From: Anaeramoeba ignava BMAN
Lineage: Eukaryota; Protista; Anaeramoebae
Assembly: GCA_028826165.1 (NCBI GenBank)
Contig: JAPDFW010000136.1
Coordinates: 62,001 to 126,000, forward strand
Length of the DNA stretch: 64,000 nt
Direction: 5' to 3'
The notes under the pieces are model-generated. The model worked only from the letters and a program-made list of their open reading frames with translations, searched no databases and was not told the origin of the DNA. The position numbers were made by a program, and so were the translations under genes. Shown here piece by piece: positions 43,414-56,600 of this stretch (its first letter is position 1; the number at the start of each line of letters is the position of its first letter).

Positions 43414-44231
43414 TTAATTTTTATTTTTATTTTGATTTTGATTTTCTAAACTTTGATTCAATAAATCCATCAAAGAACCAAAATCAATTTGATTTGAATC
43501 CTTTCCATCTTTTTCCTCTTTTTCTTCTTTTTTTTCTTTTTGAGAAAAATCTAAATTTGATAATAAATTTGATAGTTGATTTTCCAAAAGAATTTGATTT
43601 TCGGATTTTTTAAAAACACCAAAAGAATTGACTTCAACTTGATTAATAACACTTTGAAAAGTATCAAATTGAGAAATTCCCGAAATTGGAGGAAATCTAA
43701 TTTTCAAATAATTTTGGAGGTCTTTAAGTGAATGAAAGAAAAGAAAACCAGCTCCATTCATACCAAGATGCCTGTGAGCATGAGAATCAAAATAGGCGAA
43801 AATATCACGATCCAAATCAAGAAATAAAGCGACACTTTCAGGCGGTTTTACAATAACTGCAGCCGTTGGAATTTGTTTTTTTTCACAACAGAAACAAATT
43901 GAGTAACCCAATTTGCTTGATAATCAAGAAGTAAAACTTGAGTTTTCATTGTTTCTTCAAGCGGTTTGAATTCTCCTTCAAATGCTAAATTTTTCACTTC
44001 AGAAAACCCAAAATGTGTTGATTCTGTCCCGAAAATATTCTGTAAATTTTCATACTTAAACATTCCATTTACTAATATTTGTTCTAATTCTTGTTCCGTT
44101 ATTTCTATTCCTTTTTCTATTAATAATAAACTTGCTTCTGTTGCCATAATTACACATCCTGAAGATGAACCTAATTGATATTGAGAAAGATCCGTGATAA
44201 TTGTTTTTTGAAAAGAGAAATTATAATCCAT
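43414..44231 (-). CDS. Papain-fold cysteine protease, herpesvirus tegument-like deubiquitinase (VTD/C76-like); one frame break in an A8 run
   Basis: SQYQLGSSSGCVIMA (Gln..Cys), ILVNG, AAVIVKPPES, AYFDSH, GAGF. Confidence 0.65.
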
Positions 44232-44368
44232 TTTAAATCAAGAAAATGAAAAAATGAAAAAATGAAAAAAAAATTTTTTAATTTTAATTTTGATTTTGAT
44301 TTTGATTTTGATTTTAATTTGAAAAAAAAAATATAATTTGATTCCAATTTTTTCCCTAAAGATATTTT

Positions 44369-45064
44369 TCAATCTATTTTCTTGTTAATTTTCTTCAAAC
44401 AACTCTTTATTTCTTCATCAAATTTTTGATCCAAAAAAACTCCTTCTTTTGAAAACCATTCAGTAATTTCCTTTTTAAAACTTGCTAATTCAGAGTTCAA
44501 GTTTTTTTTTGGAGAAAATAATTTATTTAGAGAATATTGAATATACAACAAGCTATTTTTTGTGTTTTCTAAAAGTGAGAAATTGTATTCAGAAGTTGTA
44601 TAATCAAAAGAAGTTAAAACTATAAATTTTCTTTTGAAATTTTTCTCTTTCATTTTTTCCGATTTATTTTCATCACTTTCAACAAAAAATCCTAAATACT
44701 TTCCCACATAAAAATCTGATATGAAAGTAATGATGATCCAAATGATAAAAAAAATTATTGTGCAAATGTGTGATGTTGTTTGGTTGATTTCCCAGCTTCT
44801 CCCAAGTTTATATCCTGTGACAATAATAATAGTCCCTAAAATTATGCAGAAGTTTCTCAAATGAATCCATCCTTGTTTTTCCACCAGACCCATACTTGGA
44901 AAAATCTATTTGGAAAAGTTATATTGAAAATTTTTTTTTTTTCAAAATTAATTTTTTTTTTTTGAATAAATTTTTTCTAATAAATAAACTTTTAAAATTT
45001 CAGAATCAAGAACATCTTTAATTTTAGATCCATTATTTAAAGGAACTTTAATTGGAGAAGTCAT
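44369..45064 (-). CDS. SPCS2: Signal peptidase complex subunit 2 (SPC25), 2 exons
   Basis: IKDVLDSEILK|IF.., two TM helices, C-terminal KEITEWFSKEGVFLDQKF. Confidence 0.8.
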
Positions 45065-45139
45065 TTAATTATTAAAAAAAAAATAAAAAAATGAAAATAA
45101 AAATGAAAATTATTTTTTCATTTTTTTTCTTTTTCAAAA
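45065..45139. promoter_or_regulatory. 75-bp divergent promoter SPCS2/RCC1-BTB
   Basis: Mirror-arranged ATGAAAA / TTTTCAT motifs. Confidence 0.6.
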
Positions 45140-46933
45140 ATGAATGAAATTTTATTTTTTGGAAGAAATGAAAAACCAATTCTTATCGAAAATGAATCAC
45201 AAAAAATAACAAAACCAATTCAATTTAAATTTGAAAATGAAAATGAAAATGAAAATGAAAATGAAAATGAAAATGAAAATGAAAATGAAAAACAAATTAA
45301 ACAAATTTCAACAGGTTATTTTTCAACAATTTTCCTTTTTAAAAATGGAAAAGCAATAGAATATTTAAATGGAAATGATTCAAATGAAAAAATCCAAATT
45401 GAAGAAAATATTCAAAAAGTAACTGTTGGTTTTCAAAATGAAGCTATTTTAACAAAAGAAGGAAATGTATTTGCAAAAGGAAAAGATATTAATCCAAATA
45501 ATCCAAATGAATTTATCAATATTTCATCATTAATTGAAGATAAAAATGATAGAATAATTCAAGATGTTGCTTCAGGATACAATTCAATTTACTTATTAAC
45601 TTCAAATCAAAATGTTTATGGAATTGGTTCAAATCAATATGGTCAACTTGGTTTTGATTCTAAAACACTTAGAAAAATCAGAAAAACCAATTTTAATGAT
45701 GAAAAATGTTTCTAAAATATTTTCAGGAAATTGTTCAAATTTTGTTTTTCTTTTAAATTCAAATCAAGAATTATTTGGATGCGGATATAATGAATCTAGT
45801 CAACTTGGATTAGGAGAATCGTTAATTGGAAAAAAAATCCAAAAACTAACCAAAATCCAAAATATTCCAAAAGGTAAAATAATTGATATTCAATCTGGAA
45901 ATTATCATTCAATAATGTTGATTGAAAATGAAAATCTAAAAAGAAAACTTTATTCATGTGGAGATTATATTTATAATGGACTTGGCAAAATATATGAAAA
46001 TACTTATGAATTTACTGAAATCAAATCATATTTATTTGAAAATGATGATATTCTTGATTTTTCTGTTGGTGATTGCAGCAATCTGATTTTAACATCCAAA
46101 GGAAAACTATTCACATTTGGGAATAATTATTATGGTCAATTAGGAACTGGAGATACAAATAATCAATCAATTCCAATTCAAATTGAACTTCCTAAATTAA
46201 GATTTAATGAAGAAATTTCAATTATCATATTTCTTGTGGAGCTAATAAATCATTTTTTTATTATTCTCCTCCTTCTTTTTCCAATCTTGAAGAAGATTTG
46301 ATAAAATTATTTAGAAGAAAAGAATTTTGCAATATTTCATTTAAAACAGAAAATGGAGAAATAATTGAAGCTCATAAATTAATATTGAAATATAGATTAA
46401 ATCAAAATCAAAATCAAATTGAAAAACTTCAAGAAATTATTTCAAAGAAATCAATTAAAGAATCTAATCAAATATTTGAAATGATTTATTCAAACAATTC
46501 CAAAATAAATCCAAAATTATATTCTGAAATTAAAGAAATTATAAATTCAAATGAAAAAATTGAAGAAACAATGAAAAGAATTTATTTAAATGAAAATGAA
46601 AATGAAAATGAAAAAGATTTTATAATTGAAAGAAAAGAAAAACAATATAAATTTCCTAAATTAATATTAATAATGAGAAGTGAATTATATCGAGGAATGT
46701 TTTTATCTGTAACTGAAGATAAATCTAATAAAGTTACAGATTATAGTGAATTAAGTAATAAATCATTTCAAATATTTGAATATTGGATTTATTCAAATCA
46801 AATTAAAAATGAAATTCAAATTACACAACAAATAATTAATGAAATTCAAATTGGAATTGATTATTTTCAATTAAATCAAACAAATCCAAATTTATTTGAT
46901 TTATTAATTAACAAATTTAATAATCAAAATTAA
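45140..46933 (+). CDS. RCC1-repeat + BTB protein (two frame breaks; may be a pseudogene)
   Basis: GSNQYGQLG, GYNESSQLGLG, GNNYYGQLGTGD; AHKLILKYR; RSELYRGMFLSV; intronless. Confidence 0.8.
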
Positions 46934-46940
46934 TAAAGAA

Positions 46941-47205
46941 AATAAGAACAGATTTAAATTAATATTTAATTTATAAATTAATTTAAAAATATAATTTAAT
47001 ATTTAATTTTATTATTAAAATAATAATTTATTGTTTTAGATTTGAATATTTTATTATTTAAATATTTAACATATAAATATAAAAAATAAGAATTGATTTA
47101 AATTAATATTTAATTAATAAATTAATTTAAAAATATAAATTAATATTTAATTCTATTATTAAAATATTAATTTAATGTTTTAGATTTAAATATTTTATTA
47201 TTTAA
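46941..47205. repeat. ~145-bp diverged tandem duplication
   Basis: aataagaa..gatttaaattaatatttaat..tgttttagattt occurs twice. Confidence 0.75.
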
Positions 47206-47609
47206 AAATATTTTGAAAATTGATTTTTGAAATTAAAATTTTATCTTTTTTTTTGAATTAAATTGAATTAATATTAATTTGGAAATTTGTTTTAAAATTT
47301 AAATTTATTAATAATTTTTAAATTCCAAAAAAAAAAATTAAATTAAAAATTAAATTAAAAAATAATTTTTCCTTTTTTTTTAATAAAAAATTAATAAAAA
47401 ATAATAATAATTTATTAATAAATTAATTTAAAATAATAAATTAAAAAGAAAATTAAATTAATTATTAATTTAAATTTATTCTCATTTTTATATTTTTATT
47501 TATTTTCAAAATCCACTTTTTTTATTCATTTTTTTTTTAATTTTTTTTTTCATTTTTTTCCTTTTTTTTAATAAACAAAAACAACAAAAAACAAAAAACA
47601 AAAAACAAA

Positions 47610-49281
47610 ATGGATAATAATAATAATAACCAAATTCAAAATCCAAATGCAAATCAAAATGAAAATGAAAATCAAAATGAAATGAAAAATTTAAAAAAAA
47701 AAGTAACAAAAAATTTAATTAAAGATTATTCAAACCTTTTAAATGGAAATTCATTTAAAGACTTTTCAATTTTTGTTGAGAATAAATCAAATCCTTTTGA
47801 AATTAAAGTTCATAAATCAATTTTATCTTCAAGATCTCCTTTTTTTAATGAATCATTAAGGCAAGAATCTCTTTCTATTTCTTTAAATCAATTTAATAAA
47901 AGAGAAATGGAATCAATTTTGAGTTATATTTATTATGGAAATATTTCTTTTGAGAATCAAGAAAATCTTATTCAATTATTGGAAATTTCAATTTATTTTA
48001 AATTAAATTTATTGAAAGAAATTATTCAAAAAAAAATTTTAAATTCAATTAATTATTCAAATTTTTTCCAATTTTTATTCCAAAATCGAAATTTAAATTC
48101 AAATGAAATTGAAATAAAATGTTTTGAATTAATAAATCAAAATTTTTCCCAAATTCAGAATAATGAGAATTTATTCAATTTAACTAAAGAAGAAATTATC
48201 AAATTTATTCAATTTAAACAAGAAAAAAAAGAAATTTTTCAATTTGATTTTTTTCAATTTTTAAATAATTGGATTGAAAAAAGAAATCAAAAGATTAAAA
48301 GGAAAGAAAGAAAAAGAAAAAGAAAAAGAAAAAGAAAAGGGAATTGAAAAGAAAAGATTATTTCATTCTTTTTTTTCATTATTTGATAAAGATTCAATTT
48401 CAAAACAAGATTTTGATAAATTAAAACAATTTGATTTTTTTCCTAAATCTTTTTTAGTTGATATTCAAAACAAAGTTATTCAAGATAATCAACAAGAAAA
48501 TCAACAAATGAAAATTGAAATTGAAAACAAAGAGAAAGAGATTGAAGAGAAATGGAAGAAAGAAGTTGAAGATCAAAAATGAAAATTGAAATTGAAGAGA
48601 AATGGAAAAATGAAAATTGAAATTGAAGAGAAATGGAAGAAAGAAGTTGAAGATATGAAACCTATTTTTGATAAATATGGAGAACAATATCAAAAAGATT
48701 TGGAATATGAACAACAGATGAAAGATTTTGATAAGAATTTCCCTCAATTTGCAGATTCAGAAATTATTAAAGATATTGAATATGTTAAGAAATTACAAGA
48801 ATGGATAAATGATAATGATTTTTTTTCTAAAATGAAAAAAGGATTTTCAGCAAAAAGAGATGGATTTGATTCTGAAAATTGGCATAAAGTAGTTGATGGG
48901 AAAGGAAAAACATTAGTTATTATCAAAACAAAAGATAATTTTATTTTTGGAGGTTTTACTCAAGTTGGATTTAATGGAGATACAGGAGACATTAATGATT
49001 CAAATGCATTTATTTTTTCATTAAGAAATGATAAAGGGGATAGAATACCTGCAAAGTTTACATATAAACAAAATCGTGCAATTTATTCTGGTTTAATTTA
49101 TGGTCCATTATTTGGTGAAGGTATTCGTTTAGTTTCTAATTTACAACCTGGTTATTCAGATTTTGGTTATAGTTACAATCTACCTAATGGAATTACTTAT
49201 GGAACAAATGAAGCTAAAAGTTATTTAGCTGGTTCTTATAAATCATGGGTTGTTGATGAAGTTGAAACTTATTTCATTTAA
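47610..49281 (+). CDS. BTB + coiled-coil + TLDc protein (frame breaks; internal short duplication ~48508-48655)
   Basis: KDFSIFV..VHKSILSSRSPFF BTB; TLDc AKRDGF..DGKGKTLVIIKT..FIFGGFT..AFIFSL..YGPLFG..VDEVETY. Confidence 0.8.
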
Positions 49282-49754
49282 AAATTAATTAATAATAAGA
49301 AAATCAAACTTTTTTTTTTTAATTTTTTTTTTCAAAATTTAATTCAATTTTAATTTACTTTTAATCAAATTAATTTCTTTAAATCAATAAATAAGAAACA
49401 AATTTAATTTTAAATAATTTAATTTTAATTTAAAATATTTATTAAAAATTTAATTAATAAAAAATAATCCAAAAAAAAAAAATAATAAATTTTAAAAATT
49501 GAATATTTTTAATATAATAAATAAAAATAAAAATTGAAAATAGAAATTAATAATAATTAAATTTAAATTCATTAATTAAAATATTAAAATAAAAAAAATC
49601 AAATAAAATTTATTATTAATTAATATTTAAATATTAATAAATTATAATCAAAATCAAAAATAGAATAATTAGTAAATTATTTTTTTAGAAAGTTTATCTT
49701 ATTCAATCATGTTAAATTCAATTTATTTAAAATTTTTTAATTTTTTAATTTTAT

Positions 49755-50385
49755 TTTTAATATATTTTATTATAATTAAAATTGGAATAATAAATAATTA
49801 AAAATATTAATATAATAAATAAAAATATTATATCAAATTAAAATAAAATCAATTTAAATTAAATTATTATTAAATATTATTAAAATTAAATATTTATTTT
49901 TATTAAAATATTTATTCCACTTTTTTTAATATATTTTATTATAATTAAAATTGAAATAATAAATAATTAAAAATATTAATATAATAAATTAAAATATCAT
50001 TTTAATTTAAAATGAAATAAATTCAAATTAAATTATTATTAAATATTATTAAAAATTAAATATTTATATTTATTAAAATATTTCAATTATTTTTTCAATT
50101 TTATTAAATTATTGAGAATAATTTTATATTATTTTTAAATAAAGAAATATTAATAAAATATATAAAATAGAATTAATTTTAAATTTAATTATTTAATATT
50201 CTTTATTCTATTTTTGAAATAAATTAATAAAAATATTTTATTAATTTTATTAAATTATTGAGAATAGTTTTATATTATTTTAAATAAAGAAATATTAATA
50301 AAATATATAAAATAAAATTAATTTTAAATTTAGTTATTTAATATTCTTTATTCCATTTTTGAAATAAATTAATGAAAAATATTTT
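49755..50385. repeat. Two adjacent tandem duplications (~170 bp x2 and ~147 bp x2)
   Basis: ~49755-49913 vs ~49924-50083; ~50097-50240 vs ~50244-50385. Confidence 0.8.
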
Positions 50386-50602
50386 ATAATTGAAAGAAAA
50401 GAAAAACAATATAAATTTCCAAAATTAATATTAATAATGAGAAGTGAATTATATCGAGGAATGTTTTTATCTGTAAATGAATATACTTCTAATAAGTGAA
50501 TTAAGTAATAAATCATTTCAAATATTTGAATATTGGATTTATTCAAATCAAATTAAAGAAGAAATTCAAATTACACAAGAAATTATTAATAATCAAACTT
50601 AA
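50370..50602 (+). pseudogene. Truncated paralogous copy of the RCC1-BTB C-terminal BTB
   Basis: Near identity to ~46610-46850 (FIIERKEKQYKFPKLILIMRSELYRGMFLSV) with internal deletions and an in-frame TGA. Confidence 0.85.
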
Positions 50603-50722
50603 AAATTAAAAATTAATAATCAAAATCAAAATCAAAAATTAAAAATTAAAAAGAATAAATTTTTTAATTGGTTTTTTTCTGGTTGATAAAAAAAAAAATC
50701 AAAATGAAATAATTATTTAATC

Positions 50723-53344
50723 TTAATTTGTTAATACTGATGACCATTCAGATGATTCATAAGATTTAAAAATTTCTTTTCTTATTCGATAAACTTTTCT
50801 TTTTCGATAAATGAAAATCAAAATAACAACAACAAGAATAAAAGCTAAAGGAAGAGAAACAGAAAGCGCAACAACAATACTTGAATTTTCTTGACTTGAT
50901 GAACTAGGTAAATAAAGACAATCTTCACCACTTGTAGTTTCTGTTTGCATATTTGAATCACAATACCAAGGAGAAACATAAACATTTCCTCTAACTCTCA
51001 ATGGCTTTGTGGATGTGAAGCTGCAGTTCAAATCACCAACACTGCAAGTAGTTGGTCCATAATAACTTCCCCAATAATTCCTTTTCGCATCTATAATTGC
51101 ACCTGGAAAGGCGATATCAATAACCATACTTGTTGGATAATCATCAATTTGAGAAAAATCATTTTGATAAACAACAACATTGCTAAATGTGTCTGGAGTT
51201 GGCGGGTCTGTCCATCTGTTAACGAGAACAGAAGCTGAACGAACTCTTCCAGCAAAAAGATTTTTGTAAATATAAACATTTTGAGTTGTTGGATTGTCAA
51301 AATCAACACCAATGATTCCAATTCCGCCAGTATGCTCAGAAAATGGATCAGGACCAGGTCCATAGATTGGATAATCTCCTGAGTTGTTGAATAAGTTATT
51401 GTTGATGTATGCATCATGACATGCGCATATTGCTATTGGTCCTCCATTAAAAATATTATCCTGAACATAAAGATCAGTCACAAGTGAAACATAGAAATTT
51501 CCTCCATTGTTTGTTTCTGAGTTTTTAATTGTTAAATTATTGAAATGACAACAGAAATTCACTTGAGCTGATTGATTTGTTGGTGAATATCCTTCTACTT
51601 TGGATCCTGTTACTGTTACTGGTCCTCCACTTATTCTAAATCCAAATACTGCTCCTTCTGGATTCTCATATGTTCCTGTGTAAAAATATATATTGTCCAT
51701 TGTAAATCCTTCAGATCCTGTTGCTGTTATATATCCTCCAAAATGAAAAAGTGCATTTTTTGTTGTTAAATTCCCATTTAATTTAAATTGGACATTTCGG
51801 AATTCCACATTTGAAAATGTCATTGCCTTTTAATTTTTAATTTTAATTTTGATTTTAATTTTGATTTTAATTTTAATTTTGATTTTAATTTTAATTTTAA
51901 TTTTATAAATGAATTTTGATTTTGATTTTAATTTTTGATTTTGATTTTAATTTAGATTTTGATTTTGATTTCGATTTTAATTTTGATTTTGATTTTAATT
52001 TTAATTTTAATTTAGATTTTGATTTAAATTTTGATTTTGATTTAAATTTTGATTTTGATTTTAATTTTAATTTTTAATTTTATAAATGAATTTTATAAAT
52101 GAATTTTGATTTTGATTTTGATTTTGATTTTAATTTTAATTTTGATTTTGATTTTGATTTTGATTTTGATTTTGATTTTGATTTTGAATATTGATTTTAA
52201 TTTTGATTTTAATTTTGATTTTGAATTTTAATTTTGATTTTAATTTTGATTTTAATTTTAATTTTAATTTTGATTTTGATTTTAATTTTTGATTTTGATT
52301 TTAATTTAGATTTTGATTTTGATTTCGATTTTAATTTTGATTTTGATTTTAATTTTAATTTTAATTTAGATTTTGATTTAAATTTTGATTTTGATTTTAA
52401 TTTTAATTTTTAATTTTATAAATGAATTTTATAAATGAATTTTGATTTTGATTTTGATTTTGATTTTAATTTTAATTTTAATTTTGATTTTGATTTTGAT
52501 TTAAATTTTAATTTTAATTTTAATTTTAATTTTAATTTTAATTTTAATTTTAATTTTAATTTTAATTTTGATTTAGATTTTGATTTGAATTTAAATTTTA
52601 ATTTTAATTTTAATTTTAATTTTAAATTTTAATTTTAATTTTAATTTTAATTTTGATTTTAATTTTGATTTTGATTTTGATTTAGATTTTAATTTTAATT
52701 TTATAAATGAATTTTAATTTTGATTTTAATTTTAATTTTAATTTTAATTTTAATTTTGATTTTAATTTTGATTTTAATTTAATTTTGATTTTGATTTTGA
52801 TTTTGATTTTAATTTTGATTTTAATTTTGATTTTGAATTTTAATTTTAATTTTAGTTTTGATTTTAATTTTGAATTTGATTTTGATTTTAATTTTATAAA
52901 TGAATTTTGATTTTGATTTTGATTTAAATTTGAATTTTGATTTTGATTTTAATTTTAATTTTGATTTAGATTTTAATTTAGATTTTGATTTACAGTTTGA
53001 ATTGTCCACATATAAGAAGTATTTTCAAATATTAAATTTTGAAGAACAATTCCAGTCCAAATAATTGAAGATTGATTAAAAACAACACCACCAATAACTT
53101 TAGTTTCATAATAAGAAGAACCACTTAATAAAACCATTTTATTAAGATTAATCAATTCTTGATATTCTCCTTTATCAATTTGAATATGATCATAATTTGT
53201 TGATTTATTAATAGCAAAATTAATTGTTTGATAAGGATTAGAAATAGATCCATTTCCAGTTGAATCACTTCCAGAATTACTAACATAAATTACAGTTGAA
53301 TTAACCAAAATAAAGAAGAAAGCAAAAATTAAAATTTTATTCAT
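50723..53344 (-). CDS. Type I membrane protein with DUF1565/pectin-lyase-like right-handed beta-helix ectodomain, 2 exons
   Basis: Signal peptide; YVSNSGSDSTGNGSISNPYQTINFAI..GEYQE; IDAKRNYWG..GP, VSPW; TM helix followed by RKRK; intron 52993..51827. Confidence 0.8.
51827..52993 (-). repeat. Intron of AAAATY hexamers with higher-order repeat blocks
   Basis: Marker ttttataaatgaatt recurs about 7 times. Confidence 0.9.
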
Positions 53345-53634
53345 TTTTTTTTTATTTAATTTAATTTTGAAAGAAGAATAAAAATAAAAATAAAGATAAA
53401 AATGAAAAAGAAAAGGAGAAAAATATTTTTTTAATTTAAATTTTTTTCTTTTTTTTCTTCTTTTTCATTTCATCAAATTTTTTTTTTTTAATTTTATTTT
53501 ATTGATTTGTTTATTTTTATTCCGGCAATTAATCCAAAAAAAAAAAATTTAAATATAAAAAAATTAAAAAAATAATTCTTTTTTAATCATTTTTTTTTTA
53601 ATTATTTTTTTTATAATTTTAATTTTAATAAATC

Positions 53635-56600
53635 ATGGATGATGATTCAGAAATTTCACAACAAATTCTTCAACGGAAAACAAAAACTACACGAAATGGA
53701 TATCAAGTTTATGATCCAAACTTATCACATGGAAGAATGGATACAACTTTTATATCTGACACAGATACAAGCGCCGCCAGAATAAGTGAAAAAGAAATCA
53801 GAAAATATCATGTTGATCTAGCAAATCAAGGGAAACAAAAAACAGGGGAAACTGAGGAAAAAGAGCCAGTTTTTGTTTCAGGAACTGATATTCCTTTAAT
53901 CACACCATCCAATTTAAAACGAAGTGAAAAATTCGCACTTTTTCTGGCAAATTCTGGATGGGGAATTGCTATTGATATTATTCAAGTTGTTCTCAGTCTT
54001 GCCGCTTGTGTTGTCTATGTAGTTGAGACTTATCTCTACAATCCAGATTCTTCACCTCCTAACGTCATAATTGTGATCGAAGTTGTTCTTGCGAGTTTCT
54101 TTATTATTGATTGGATCCTCCATTTTTACACTGCAAATTCTAAAATCCGTTGGGTTTTGAGTTGGTTTTCTCTTATTGATTTCGTCACCATTTTTCCCGT
54201 TTTTGCCTTTTTATTGAACAGTAAATCAAATTCTGTTGTCACTTTGAGTTTCTTAAGAATTTTCCGTGTCGCAAGAGTTTTTCGAATTCTCCGCATCTAT
54301 AGAATTGTTGTAATCCAGAAAATCCCGCTGATCCGCATCCTTATCAAGCATTCTTTTATTTTGATCACTTATATCTTCCTTTCTACCGGTATTTTCCAAT
54401 TTCTTGAGTCTGTGCAAGGAAACGATGATCTCCAGTTTCATAACTCTTTCTATTTCATCATTCTTACATTGTTCACAGTTGGACTGGCAAATGTTGAACC
54501 AACAACCATACTATCCAAAATGTTTGTTGTTTTGGACATTATTGTGTTTCTGATTCTCTTTGCAATCGGGATTTATCAAGTAAACAAATTTTTCCGGTTG
54601 CGTTCAATCATGAGCAAAACGTTCAATCACAAGAAATTCAAAGACAAATTTGTTCTTCTTGTTTATGATTGTGAGGAAACGGTTCTCTCCTCTTTTTGCA
54701 AACAGTTTTTTTCTGACATCCGCACTCAGGATTACACAATTCTTGTTCTGTCACAAAATCAACCGCCAAGAAAATTGGATCAATTCCTCAAACTTTACAA
54801 TAAAATCAATCCAATCAAACAGAGAAACATCAAGTGGATTACTGGATCCGCTCTTGATGAGAACGATCTCAACAGATGCAACATCAATTTCTGTTCTGCT
54901 TGCTTCGTCCTCAGTAATCAGATGGCAAACAACTACGATCAAGAGGATCAAAAAACAATTTTAAAAGCACTTTCTATTAAAAAGCATCATTCTTTCCTCA
55001 AAATTTATGTCAAGTTGCTCATGGCAAAAAACAAGATCCATCTTTTTGGATCAGGAATTGAGGCCATTATCAGTATCGATGATTTACAGAACGCAATGTT
55101 CGGTTTGAGCTGTTTATTTCCCGGTTTTTCAACGCTTCTGGCAAATCTCTCAATTTCCCCATTTTCCGTTACTCAACAATCATTAGTTTTCGGAGAATCC
55201 TCAAAAAATTCAAAATCAAAAGATGAAAATCCAATGGCTTCCACTCTCGATCCCTGGCTTAATGAGTTTCTCTTTGGATTCCGCAATGAAATGTATTCTT
55301 TAACTGCTCCAAACAGCTTTATCGGAATGCCCTTTTCTCAGGCTTCCGCTTTGGTTTATTTCAAATATCACTCCATTTTATTTGCGATTGAAATCGAACT
55401 CGATGATCAAATGAGAATTGTTCTGAACCCAGGTTCTTCTTACACAATTTCTGGCGGGGAATTAATTTTTATCATCTCAAGATCGATCAAATCAGCTTTG
55501 AAAATTTCTCGTCATGGAGAAGCACTTGAAGAGTTAAAAAAGGCGTATAAAAAATCACACAAAAAAAAGAACAAAATGAAAATTGATCCAAGCTCAACCA
55601 GTGATTTACAAATTCCTTTGAAAAATTTACAAAAGTCGAACGATCCAAAAAGTTTTAATCAAGAAACCGATTCAGAATTTCCCGATGAAGCTGATTTAGC
55701 CTTAAGAAGAAGAGAAAGTGTTTATTCTCGACAATTGCAGAAAGTTTTAGCAACAACACAAAAAGAAGAAGAAAATGAATCTCAAAATAATGATAACAAT
55801 AATGATAATAATAATGATAATAATAATAACAACAATAATAATAATAATAATAACAATAATGACGAATTGAGTCTTGAATCTGATCATGAAGACAGATCCC
55901 AAATCGAAGCAAGAAATATCAAAAGAAATCTCAAAAAAAAAATGAGTATTGGGAATATTCTGAAAGTTGATGCAGAACCTCAAGATGTCGACCAAATTTC
56001 CGAAGTTTATCATCTTTTAGATGAACCGTTATCACTCCAAAATCAAACAATCCAAAATGTTGTTGATGATCTTGAAAATCTCAATCAGCACTTGATTGTT
56101 TGCGTAAATTGGGATACAATCTTTTCTCTTTCTTATTTTGTCAAGCCTCTTAGACAGAAATCTTTTCCTACTTTAATTCCTATCGTTATTTTAAGTGTTG
56201 ATCCTCCTTCTCAAGAAGCTTGGGATTCTATTGCGAAATTTCCTGAAATTTACTTCGTTCAAGGTGATTATACCAAATTACCTGATTTGAGAAGAGCTGG
56301 TATTGAATTAGCTGGTCAAGTTGCTATTTTATGTCGAAAGAAAACAGATCCAAATGATTTTGAAAATGAAATGATTGATAATGAAAATATTCTTACTCAT
56401 TTATTGATTGAAAACAATTTCAAACAAGATGTTTGATTTATTATTTTTATATTTATATTTATATTTTTATATTTATTTTTATATTTATTTTGAATAGATT
56501 TTTACAATTACCGAACTCCAAAAACCTGAAAATATTAAATTCTTTGAAAATCAAAAATATTGTGATTATGATCTTATTTATTCTCCTTCATTTTCTTCAG

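Noticed and set aside
43862-48600. Programmed frameshifts in the DUB, RCC1-BTB and BTB-TLDc genes
   Set aside because: Mixed +1 and -1 breaks mostly at A-runs, typical of long-read error or pseudogene decay
50334-50546. 70-aa minus-strand ORF
   Set aside because: Antisense to the BTB pseudogene fragment
53399-53470. Hairpin between the beta-helix and BK genes
   Set aside because: Symmetry is explained by two outward-facing initiator-like motifs
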